Origin: Candidatus Obscuribacteraceae bacterium | Lineage (GTDB): Bacteria; Cyanobacteriota; Vampirovibrionia; Obscuribacterales; Obscuribacteraceae | Direction of reading: 5' to 3' | Assembly (NCBI GenBank): GCA_044226015.1 | Contig: JBGAHS010000008.1 | Coordinates: 448,001-512,000, forward strand | DNA: 64,000 nt | Shown: one piece after another, positions 32,001 through 44,000 of the stretch | Layout: each line of letters opens with the position of its first letter | Position numbering within the stretch: the first letter of the stretch is position 1 | Position numbers and translations under genes: made by a program | The notes under the pieces: model-generated | Told to the model about the DNA's origin: nothing | The model's input: only the letters and a program-made list of their open reading frames with translations | Databases searched by the model: none

Positions 32001-35000
32001 GATAGGTCCTACAGGGCTTCCTGAAATCTGAATATTGCCACCGTTACCGGCCACTGTAGCATTAGCAGTGAGACCACCATTAACGACGATTGTACTGCCA
32101 GAGGATGTGAAAGTGATGTCGCCACCACCGGTAGGTCCAGAAACATCGAGCACACCATTGACGGTTAGAGCCCCAGAGCCGGTTTGCAACACAACCTTAG
32201 CGCCCACACCGACAGGTCCCTGAGGAGCAAGATCGAACCCGCTAGCGTTGACAGTAATAGCTTTGGCTACTGTTACAACAAGCGCTCCACCATTGCCACC
32301 ATTTGGTCCGCTGATAGCAACCGGGTGGAATTGTCCGCTGGCAGAACCGATATTCAAAGAACCATTAGAGGTGAACTTAATAGTGCCACCCGCGCCCACA
32401 CCAGCTCCACTAGCGAATGCGGTGAAAGGCGACGTAGCAGGGAATGCAACAGTGCCAATGTTTATATCAATCAAGCCACCATTGAACACACCGTTGGGCA
32501 GAACTGATGATGCATTGCTTGATGCGCTGGCTGAAATCGATGGCGTATTCAGAGTGACGGCAGAGCTGCTTCCGGCAATCGAAATGCTGCCTCCATTTCC
32601 ACCGTTTGCGCCCCCATCAGCCGAGACAGAACCTCCAAGCAAAAATGTTGGATTTGCCGTGCTAGAAGTGGGGTTAATCGAAATACTTATCGACCCACCA
32701 TTTCCGAACGTCGAGCCGGGCGATACAGCAGAACTTCCATTGGCTAGTAAATTACCCAAGATGATGGCTGTGCCATTGGCGATGAGATTGATTTTTCCGC
32801 CATCACCAGAATTGCCAGTGTTACCGGAAGCACTTGCATCAAGGTTTGCATTTATTTGCAATAAAGAAGGATTCGCTGACCCGGTGTCTGTCCCGGAGAT
32901 TAAAGTTATATTGGCGCCATCTCCCCCTGCTGCATTTGGTCCTGTTTGCAAATTGTTGACGATCAAATTTGAACCAGCAGAGACAACTATATTTCCAGCT
33001 TGACCTAGATTGTTGATACTCAGTTGTCCGGGCAAGACACCTAGAGTTACGCCGGAGAGAGCTGTTTTGACAGTTACGTTGCCTCCAAAGCCTGCATTGG
33101 TGCCAGCAGCCATAAGCGACGCCGCTGCTGGACCACTGATGGACAGCGTGCTGCTCTGCAGAGTGATGCTGCCACCATCCCAATCTTGAGCGCCGGCGGC
33201 ATTGGCATTGATAGCTCCGTTCAGTCGGATGGCGCCACTATCGCTGACCAGGCTGATGGAACCTCCATGTCCTTGTGTCGCAGTCGACATGAGCAAGGCA
33301 GTTCCATCGAGTACGATGTCACCAGCTAGTCCGCTATTCGTGATACTGATGACTTGCGCGCCCTCAGGCAATGCCTGACCAATGACAGTGCTGCCACCAT
33401 TGGCGCTTATGTTGCCCTTCACACCATTAGTCGGTGAGGCAGTCGTTGTGATAGTGAATGCGGATGAGACATTCGACTTCAGAATGATCGAGCCACCATA
33501 TCCAGAACCTACGCCATCAGCATTAATGTTTCCAGTGACTTGTAGGCGTCCGGTTCCGGAGCTTCCAGCAATTAATGACAGATTGCCGCCATTACCATTG
33601 CTAGTGCCATTAGTTGTCGGATTGAACAACAACGCTGACATATCAACGATGATGTTGCCTCCGGTAGTCAGTGAGACTGTACCACCATTGGCTGCAGCAG
33701 CTAGTGGATCATTGCCGGCCACAGCGGAAATAGATGTCTGTCCAGGATTACTACCTATATTTAGATTGGATCCCGAAACACTTCCAGCATTGATAGTGAC
33801 CGACCCGCCGGAGCCCTCACCGGCGCCATTGGCGCTGAAGGATGTGTGTCCAGCCGGAGTCAGGTAATTTGTGCCTTTTCCGGTGATTGTTATTTGACCA
33901 CCTTCAACCACTCCAGTGCCACCAGCATTCGCTGAAATGGATCCAAATACAGGGTCGGCAGAGCCGAAGGAGAGAATGCCGTTGCCTGCTAGAGTGACAT
34001 CGCCACCATCACCTTGAGCAGCCGAGGCGCTGATGGCAGCATCATTGAAAGTGAACCCGCCCACACCCTGGTTCTTGATAGTGATAGTTCCAGCATTGCC
34101 AGCAACGCCACCACCATTAACAGCCAAAGCAACGTTGCCCGGACCGGAGACACCCGTGACACCATTTACGGTAGCACCAGCTCCGAATACAAAATTCTGA
34201 GAGGAATTTTCCAGAATATTGATGCTACCACCTGTGCCAGTACCATTGATTGCACCAGACAAATCGAGTGTGCCTTGTATAAACACATTACCGACACCAC
34301 CAGCATTGCCGGCTGTCAAATCTAGTTGCCCGCCATTTCCATTGCCATTTGCGCTGGATAGAAGCTGAAGCTGAGCCGCAGATATAGTTATACTTCCAGG
34401 CACTACAACTTTGAAATGACCACCGCTTCCGCCATTGCTTCCACCGTTTGCACTAACCGAAACAGCGTCAGTTTGAGAAGCTACCGTTAACGAGCCTGAA
34501 CCACCCGTGGCAGTAATACTGATGTCTCCGCCATCTCCAAGATCCGCTCCATTAGCTGTAAGCGTTGTAGAACTCGTCCCTAGACCTGTTAATTGAGTGC
34601 TGGCGCCCGACAGCTCTATGCTGCCACCCTTGAAGCTGTTTGGACCGCCTCCGCTGACATCGATGGAACCACCATTGAATGTCATGGCACCGGTCGAGCT
34701 CGTGATGCGAACAACACCGCCATTGCCGCCGGTCGGACCGCCTGCTGCCACAGCGCTAATGACTCCCATTCCAGGAGCATTGGAGAAGAATCCGAACCCA
34801 CCGCTGCCGGTGTTGTTAACTGTGATGGTGCCGCCGTCGCCGATGCCACCACCTCCATTCGCGGAGACTACGCCAGTGACGCCATTGATTGAGCTGCCGT
34901 TCTGTCCAAACAGGAAGCTGCTCAGACTGGTAGACACGATAGTGATAACGCCGCCGGCACCAGTGCCAGCATCGGCGGTAAGATTACCGTTGACAAACAC

Positions 35001-38000
35001 GTTATTGCCACCAGTCATATTAATGAATCCGGCTATGCCGCTACCGACACCGCTTGCATCAAGGTCGCCCAGGACATTGATGCCTGCATTACAGTTCTGC
35101 GAACCTCCGACAAGAGTCAATTGAGCACCAGCACCGCTGAGTGATGTCGGGTGGGCTAACAAACCTGGAACTAAGAGGTCGCTGTTGTCTATGTCTAACT
35201 TGTCACCAACACTTATATTAACGACTCCACCGTCGCCAAAACTGCCACCGCCAGTAGCCTGAACCGAAACCTTACCGTCACCCTTACCAAGGAAGAGGGT
35301 GTAATCATTCGGCGTGGTCGAACCTGGAGGGAAGCCTGAGTAGGTACTCGACATTCTGACAGTACCACCGTCTCCACCACCTGCGCTTCCCGATGCATTT
35401 ACTATCAGCGTTCCAGCACCTGCAGAACCTATCTGATTAAAGGATAGAGCACGAATGATGATTGAACCACCATCTGCAGTGTTATCCGTACCAGAAGCAT
35501 CAATGCTGCCACCGGCTACGTTGAAGGCTCCTCCGACTGTAGTTAGTGTGATCGAGCCACCAGAGCCGCCCTTTCCACCACCAGAGGCTCCGCCAGAGGC
35601 GTCGATGCTTCCACCGTTCATGCTGATGCCACCATCGAGTGGATCAGTCGAAACTCCGATATTGCTAACGTTGATGATACCGCCGATGCCACCATCACCG
35701 ATTGAAGGCGTTCCACCTTTTGCAGAAATAGGTCCTTGAATAAAATTAGTGCCAGAATTCGCGCCAATCTTTAGTGCATCGGTGCTGTTTACAGATATAT
35801 TGATCGAACCACCAGCACCACCTATAGTGCCGCTGCTTCCGCCCTCCGCGAGAATTTGAGTCTGGGCTTTGATATTTCCAGAATTCTGAGATGTTCCAGC
35901 AGTCATCTGTATAGTTCCGCCGGCGCCATTGCCAGCCCCTGAGGCATCTACACTAGCGCTTGCGCCTACACTGAGGTCGCCGTTAGCGAAGGTGCCGGAC
36001 AGGAGAACAAGGTTACCGCCATTACCGTTGCCTCCAGAATTGGGGCTAACGTTGAGACAGCCAGTGCATGTGGTGACCCCTATGTTGAGGTCTGTACCAG
36101 CCGCAACAGAGATTGTTCCTCCGTTGCCATCGCCAGCGCCAAGAGCATTTATTGTAGTGCCTGCATCAGATATATTGATGGCGCCTTGTGTTGCCGTAAA
36201 AATGACGGTGCCACCATTACCATCACCGGCACCATTGGCGAAAAGTCCTAATATATTATTGCTAATCGTTTGCGCATTGATGCTGATGTTACCGCCATTT
36301 ACTTGACCGACACCAGCGGCACTGACGTCCAAGGTCATACCTGAGGCGAAGCTTATTGCACCATTTGCATTAGAGATGGAAACATTTCCACCAGCTCCTT
36401 GAGCAGGTGTAACCGCTACAACCGAGCCTGCATCAAACGACATGTCTGCTGTACCAGCATTGATGATGTTGACGACACCGCCATCACCTGATGTGCTACC
36501 GCCAGTAGATTTGATGATTCCCTTCACCCCTGATGTGCTGGCAGAAGCACCCACGGTGAACACAGTCGGTGCATTGCTGTTGAAGCTGAGCAAAATCTGG
36601 CCGCCATTGCCGACGCTGCCAGCAGACGCATCAATATTGCCTCCCACGAACAGACCATTCGCGGACACGAGAGAGACAGCCCCTCCATCTCCTGTTCCAA
36701 TGCCAGTGACGTCCAGAGCCCCAGCTACATCTATTGAACCGGTACCGTTAGATGTCAGAGCAATATTTCCGCCATTTCCATTTAAGCTTGCAGCTACATT
36801 CAGGAATGAACTATCAGTGACATTAACGTTACGACCCGAAGTAACAGTGATAGAACCACCAGAACCTGACAATTGCTCACTGGCATCTAGACTGAAGCCT
36901 GCAGCACCAATCAACACATCACTGCTACTCGACAAACTCAGCACGCTAATGTTGCCGCCGCCGCCGCCAGAACCTTGAGCAGTGATGGGAGAAAAAGAGA
37001 GCACAGAAAAGTCATTAGCAGTAAGGTTTATGATGCCACCACCAAAGGTACCAACGCCAAATGCATCTGCATTTATGTTCGTATTGCCGAGGAACAGCGT
37101 TCCTTGAGAAGCGTCAATGGTGATAATTCCACCGTTACCGCTACCAGCAAAGAAAGCTGATGCGCTAATGTTCGTTTGTACGGCATTGAAACCACTACCG
37201 ACGGTAATCGAAATCGCCCCACCATTACCACTAATAGAGCCACCATTAGCAACTACATTTGTAAAACTAGGCAAGATCACATTGCTGGCCGCGACCAGCG
37301 TGATTGTTCCACCAGAGCCACTGTCTCCACCATTGGCAGAGAGTCCGCCCGAGAATAGCTGGATATCACCAGCAGTCTTACCTGCAAGAAGTGTTATGGT
37401 TCCGCCATTGCCTGCCCCCACTCCATCAGCAGATGGAGGAGCATCCAACAATATGTTTCCGACCCCATTGGTTCCTGCGGTGAGAGACAGGATGCCACCA
37501 CTTCCGTTGATTCCCTGCGGACTGAGCGTGATGCAGTTGACACAAGACGAACCATTGATGTCACTTCCGGATGAAGCGATGAACGTACCGCCATCACCAG
37601 CCACGCTTCCTGCGCTGCCACCGGTAGCACTGACGCTGAAGCCCGAACTGGTGTCCAAAAAGATAGGAGATAAGGAAGAAGTGAGTGAAACAGAGCCACC
37701 ATTTCCGAAGCCAACAGCGTTTGCTTTGAGCACAACGGCAGAGCCAGAATTATCGAGTGTTGTCCCTGAAATACTGATCGATCCACCATCGTAGCTGACG
37801 TTAGTGCCAGTAGCACTGACATCGATGGTACCAGCTGCGCTGAAGTCTACGGCTCCGCCGTTCGTGATGCTGACTGTGCCACCGGCTCCGCCCGCTGATG
37901 CGCTTGATGCCTTGGCTTGAACCGTATTAGGAATAATAGAGAAAGGTTGGGTTCCGGCATTGGATATCGTTATGACACCACCAGAGCCACCATCTCCGAC

Positions 38001-41000
38001 TGGGTTTGTACCGCCATTTACCGAAACTCCAGTAAGAATACCGCTTAAGCCGCCCCCTCCGATGACAAACTGTGTCGCTGAATTACTATTCAAGCTTACG
38101 TTAACTGTGCCTCCGTTTCCGGACTCTGAGTTAGCAGTAATTCCAGCAACAAGCAGATCGGCAGTAGAGGACAGATTGACCAGACCACCATCGCCCTTGC
38201 CTTTGCCGCTGGCATCGAGAGACTGGACTATAAATAGTGAAGCAGGAGTTGCTGTTCCTGCGGTCAAGCTTATTGTGCCTCCACGTCCTTCAACGGAGGT
38301 CTTGACGCTGACGCTGTTGGCCACATTTATTTGATCACCATTGGAGACAACAATAGAACCACCATCTCCACCGGCACTGCCACCATCAGCGATGAGCTCG
38401 AAATCGTTAGCCGCTGTCGTTCCATCTCCGATATTCATGATGATGCCGGCATCAGTAGCGTTAATTTCGATACTGCCCCCCTTACCGGTACCAGAGCCAC
38501 TGGCGTTAAAAATAACCGGATTGTTTGGAGCCGCACTTATAGCGAAGTTTTTCGCGTTGATCTTTATGCTGCCACCATCGTATTGGTCTCCGCTTCCAGA
38601 TGCGGCTGCGGATATCAGATATGAACCTGGTCCTGCACTATTGTCGATGAATACAGCCCCTGAGCTGGCAGACAGTTCTATGGTGCCACCGTTGCCGCCA
38701 CCGCTGGATGACACATCCAGACCAGCAGAACTGTCAATTGTAATGCCACCAGGATTAGCAAGAGCAATGCTGCCACCATCACGTGGAAGGCCGGGAGCCC
38801 CTTGCCCTTTCGCTTGAAGCAGTCCAGTGAGTCCATTTGCAGACACCACATTTGTGGACACAACAAAGGGAACGCCTCCAACAACGTTGAGGAATACAGA
38901 GCCACCACTTCCGAGTTGATTACCTGCGTTAGCGCTTATGTTTCCTACTATAGATACGCCCTTGCCAGAGTCACTTATCGTTACAGAGCCACCATCTCCA
39001 AAGCCTACACCACTCACATCAAGGTTCACAGGATTGAGGGAAGTTCCCACTGATTCGACAGTGAGCTGGTATGTGCCACCACTACCATTAAGCCCCAAAG
39101 GACCATTAGCAATGCCACCAGCAGTGATGCTCAGCGCAGAACCTACATTAACGATAATCTTTCCCCCGTCGCCAAAGACAGAGTTTGTGCTGCCTCCAGT
39201 AGCGGTCATAGTCAGTCCCCCTGGACCAACGGCGATAGGCTGAGCAGAGCTTCCTAGCGCAGTGGAAACGAGGCTTATGCTGCCACCGTTGCCCCCAGAT
39301 GTGCCCGCAGCAATGAGATCGAGCACCGTCGAGCCGCTAGAGAGTGTGTTTAAGGATATAAAGCTTATACTACCACCACTGGTATCACCTACTCCCACCG
39401 AGTTTTGATAGCCAATACCACCTGCTGCGCCGGACGCAGACACGGTGCCGCCACTAGCGCTAATGTCTCCTGCTGTGGCCCTGATTTCTATGCTGCCGCC
39501 ACCGCCGAACATGCGGGGCAAATTCCCATTGGTCGACGTGTTGAGAGCGAATGTCGCTCCTCCATCGGCCTGCAACAATGCTCCTGCAACAAAATTGATT
39601 CCCCCAATGCCATCATTGACAATAGAAATCTTACCGCCACTAGGGTTGTTACCAAATCCACCTATATCTGAACCGTTAGCGATAATGCTACCGGAAATGC
39701 CATTGCCACCAGAATTGTCTCCCACGAAAAACGGAAGTTGGCTGTTCATGTGCAGGTTAACAGTACCGCCAGCACCACTGAATTTATCAGTAGAAGCAAG
39801 GGATACAAAGGGACCATTGGCAAGTATGTCTCCAAAAATCTGGATATTGCCTGCACCACCTGTGCCTGCGCGAAGGTCAACGACTCCACCTGTGCCTGCA
39901 GGTGTGGTGAGAATATGATTAACACTCAATCCACTGAAGCCCGCGAATGAGCCATTTGTGTCTATGTTGAAGGTCCCAAATGTAGCTACAATATTCTGCC
40001 CGGAGCTGACACCAATATTTCCATCAATATAGAGGTTTGAGACCTGAACACCATTTGCAAATGGTGTTCCCAAGTACAGAGTACTGCCGGGAGAGGTCGA
40101 GACAATTGAAGTTCCAGCTTGCGAAATCGGAAAGGTTCTAAATGTGTAAGGTATTCCAAGAAAGGTCACCGGAATAGGCACTACCGATATAGTATTGCCC
40201 TTTATAGAGATAACACCAGATGGACTTCCCGGCGCCGACAAACCAGAAACGATTTCAAATAGAGGGTCGAAATGAGGGGTAAGTTGAATTGGTCCGGCTG
40301 CTGAGTCCAGTGTAAGATTGGAGCCTTCTTTTCCATTCAAGAATATCTGTGAAGGATCGCCAATAATAATGCCACCAGTGCCGGAATTGGAAATGGTCAA
40401 GTTACCGGCACTGCCCGAAACATCTAAAGAACCTGTTATTCCATTTACCGTAGCGGAACTATCTTGATTAAACGGAGAAGAGCTTGAGGAACTGATTGAA
40501 ATGGCAGCGGCGATGCCTTTGGTATTGATGCTTCCCTGTACATACACATTATGAGGGGAAGATAGGCTGACACTTCCACCGGCCACTCCTCCGGTGAGAA
40601 TTATGTCCCCGTTTACAGTTGTCGAACCAGCGTTATGGGAAACAGCATCAAGAGTACCGCCAACTTTGTTTCCGCTGGCATTAGATATCAAAAGTGAACT
40701 CATATCCAGAGTGACGGCACCGCCAACATCAATTGACACCTGCCCACCGTCAGTCCCGATATTAAAATTGTGAATATCAACAACAAATTGAGCGTTATTA
40801 GCTACAGTGCCAGTTCCAACATAAATATCATTTGTTGCATCGGTACTCTTGACCTTGAATGATCCCCCCGAGCCGGCAGAGAGAGCCAGGAGGGTTAACG
40901 GCCTCGGTCCCTGAGTCACAACAGACTTGCCTGTAAACGAAAAAGAACCACCGAGGCTAGCCTTGCTTGTATTAGAGCTGGCATCTATCGTGTTGTTTGT

Positions 41001-44000
41001 TTTGTCAGTTATGAGAGTCACAATGCCATTGGCTCCGGCATCGAAGGTTAGCTGACCCCCATTGCCCAGCGCGTTAGTCGGAGCATTAGTTCCTCCCTTG
41101 AGAGCCAGCGCCGCTGTACTCCATAGAGTGATACCACCACCTCCAGGAGAAAGGTTGTTCACCGTAATGGTGCCTCCACCGCCACTGGCACCACCATTTG
41201 CCAACAGAGAGCCCGTGACACCGTTAGAGGTGCTAGATAGACCAACGTCAAATATGGTGTTACTGCTGTTCTCTTGCAGCAATATGTCACCGCCATCACC
41301 ATCACCGACAGCACTGGCGTCGAGTGAACCAATCACGAGCAATTGACCCTGACCATTTCCAAGGCTGAGTGATATGTCGCCACCTCCACCGTTGGCTCCT
41401 TTAGGGGTGACATCCAGCCCTGCTGCGTCAACGGTGAGGTTTCCCTCAGCTCTCACGGTGACTGAACCGCCATCGCCTTCAGCACTGCCCGAATGACCAC
41501 CACCAGCCAGAAGGCGGAACTGGACGGCCTGGGTTCCCAGAGCAATTGCATTTGCTTCACTGTAAATGTCTATAGAACCACCATTGGCTTTGTCACCAAC
41601 GCTTGAACCACTGGCATCAAGAGTGACCGGAATTACGCCCCCGAGAGTGACTGTAAAGCCCTTAATTTGTATTGTTCCACCGCTCGAATCATCGGTTGAA
41701 CCAGCCCCCCCATGGCCAGCAACACTAATCGTGCCGCCTTCAATGTGGATGTCGCCGCTATCTGCCTTCAAAGATAACGAGCCACCAGTAGAACCCTTTC
41801 CAGAAGAAGAACCAGAAAAATCAAACAAGCCAGGAGTCGCAATGTAAATTCCACCCTGCTTGTTTTTTATGCTGACGCTACCGCTAGCCTTACCTCCAGT
41901 GCTTCCAGCTTGCACGGACATGACTCCAGTTATGCCGCTGCTATTAGCATTTGTGTCAACCCGGAATGAGACCGGACTGTTAGTATCGATGCTGATCGTG
42001 CCACCAGCACCAGCCCCCTTGCCATTCGCATCGAGTCCGCCCTGCACGAACAAGGTGCCAGCTGCATCCTCGGTACCAGCAGCTAGAGTGATGGAGGCAC
42101 CATCACCATCTACGAAAGTGCTGGTGTGAAGATAATTGGAGTCAACATTGAGGTCCTTACCGCTCTTGATCACAACGGATGCACCAGTTCCACCCGCAAT
42201 TCCCGTGTTGGCTGTAATTTGCAGACTGCCTGCCTGACTGCCTATGTTAAGGTCCTGGGTTTGTGACTTTTGCTCAATACTTATTTTGCCTGCATCGGCA
42301 ACATTACTCGTAGCAGTCGTAGAGCCGTTTGCCACCAGACTTAGCGGCAACACTCCAAGCACCTGAATGTAGTCAGCGCTGAGGTTGACAGACCCTCCCT
42401 TGCCATCAGAGCCAGAACCACTAACGTCTAACTGTCCACCCTGCGAGAAACTCAACAAACCATCGGTTTTGAAAGTAACGACTCCGCCATCGCCTTTGTT
42501 AGCCCCCGCACTCACGGAAACCTGTGAAAGTTGAGAAATGGTCAGCCCGCCCTTTCCAGCAATGAACTCAACTGTTCCTCCGTTGCCGTCAACGCCTCCG
42601 TTGGAGGAGACGAGCCCCCTAACACCATTGGTAGTGGCAGTCAACCCAGCAACAAACGGAACTGTATCACTGTGGCTGCTAATAGATACTTTCTGCCCTT
42701 TCCCTTTACCGGCGGCGTCCGCGACGATCGAACCCGACACGTACACCGTACTGCCCTCGATCGTCACAATACCTCCGTCACCATCTCCGGTGGCAGCCGC
42801 ACTGGCGTCAATGTTACCATTCAGAACTACCGGACCAGCAGGCGACTTCATTGTGAATCGTCCACCAGCACCAGATCCAGGATCAAGGTCAAACACTGAT
42901 GTACTTGCAACAAATATTCCACCAGCATTCTTATTGTTATTCGTAATCGATATCGAACCCGCTCCAGTAGCTGCAGCTCCTGCGGCGCCTCGTACAGAGA
43001 TGGAACCGGCAACGCCAGTGCCTACAGCGCCGGCTCCGACCCGGAATACGCCAGTGTCGCCGACGATAATATCTACGGTACCGCCAGCTGCCGTATTTAG
43101 CGGGTCGGTACCTGCGGAGGCATTGATTGACCCCCCAACGTACAAGCTTCCAGCCAGGTTAGTTTGGAATGAGCCACCACTTCCAGTGCCATTGGAGTCG
43201 CTGACATCGACTGACCCGTTAATAATAGACTTTCCACTTTCATTATTGTTGGTCAGGCTGACTCCGCCACCTGAGAAAGTTCCTGCGCCGACAGCTGAAA
43301 TTCCACCTGCAACAGTGATATTCTGCCCGGTCAGATTTACAGCTCCACCACTGCCAGAGATAGAAGCATCGACGTTCAGGGCACCTACTACATTCAGATT
43401 TCCTTTTGTAGCCACGAAATTCAACTTGGCACCAGCACCAGATGCTGTAGCTTGCGGGTTTGCAACTATGGCTGCTGGATCTACTGTGAGATCGTTGCCG
43501 GCTGTGAGCGTCACGTTGCCACCATCAGCGATGGTTCCACTGGGTCCGCCCGTCGCATTGATGATTAAACCACCCACCTGATCAGCGACAATGAGATTGG
43601 ATTTCGTGCCAGTGGTCACAAGATTGATTACACCACCCCTGCCACTTGCTCCAGTGGCGCTAGCTTCGATATTCAGAGGATAGGCTCCAACAATTCGAAG
43701 CGCGGAACCTCCTAGCGTGACGGTTCCCCCGGTTACGGCACCGGAGGTAAAAAAGTACTTGTTCGTCAGGGTGGTCGGAACTTCGACTCTGCCCTCAGGC
43801 GCCTGTAGTTCTACAAGACCGCCTTCTCCCCCATTGCCACGCACATCGATAGAACCACCCGTTCCATCAGATATACTCAGGGACTGCACAATCACGTCGG
43901 CGCCCGAGTTGATAATGTGCACTCCACCCGCATTACCTTTGGCTCCCCCACCTATAGCCTGTACAACAGTTCCAGAGCCCGTGAATCCATTCACCGTCGC

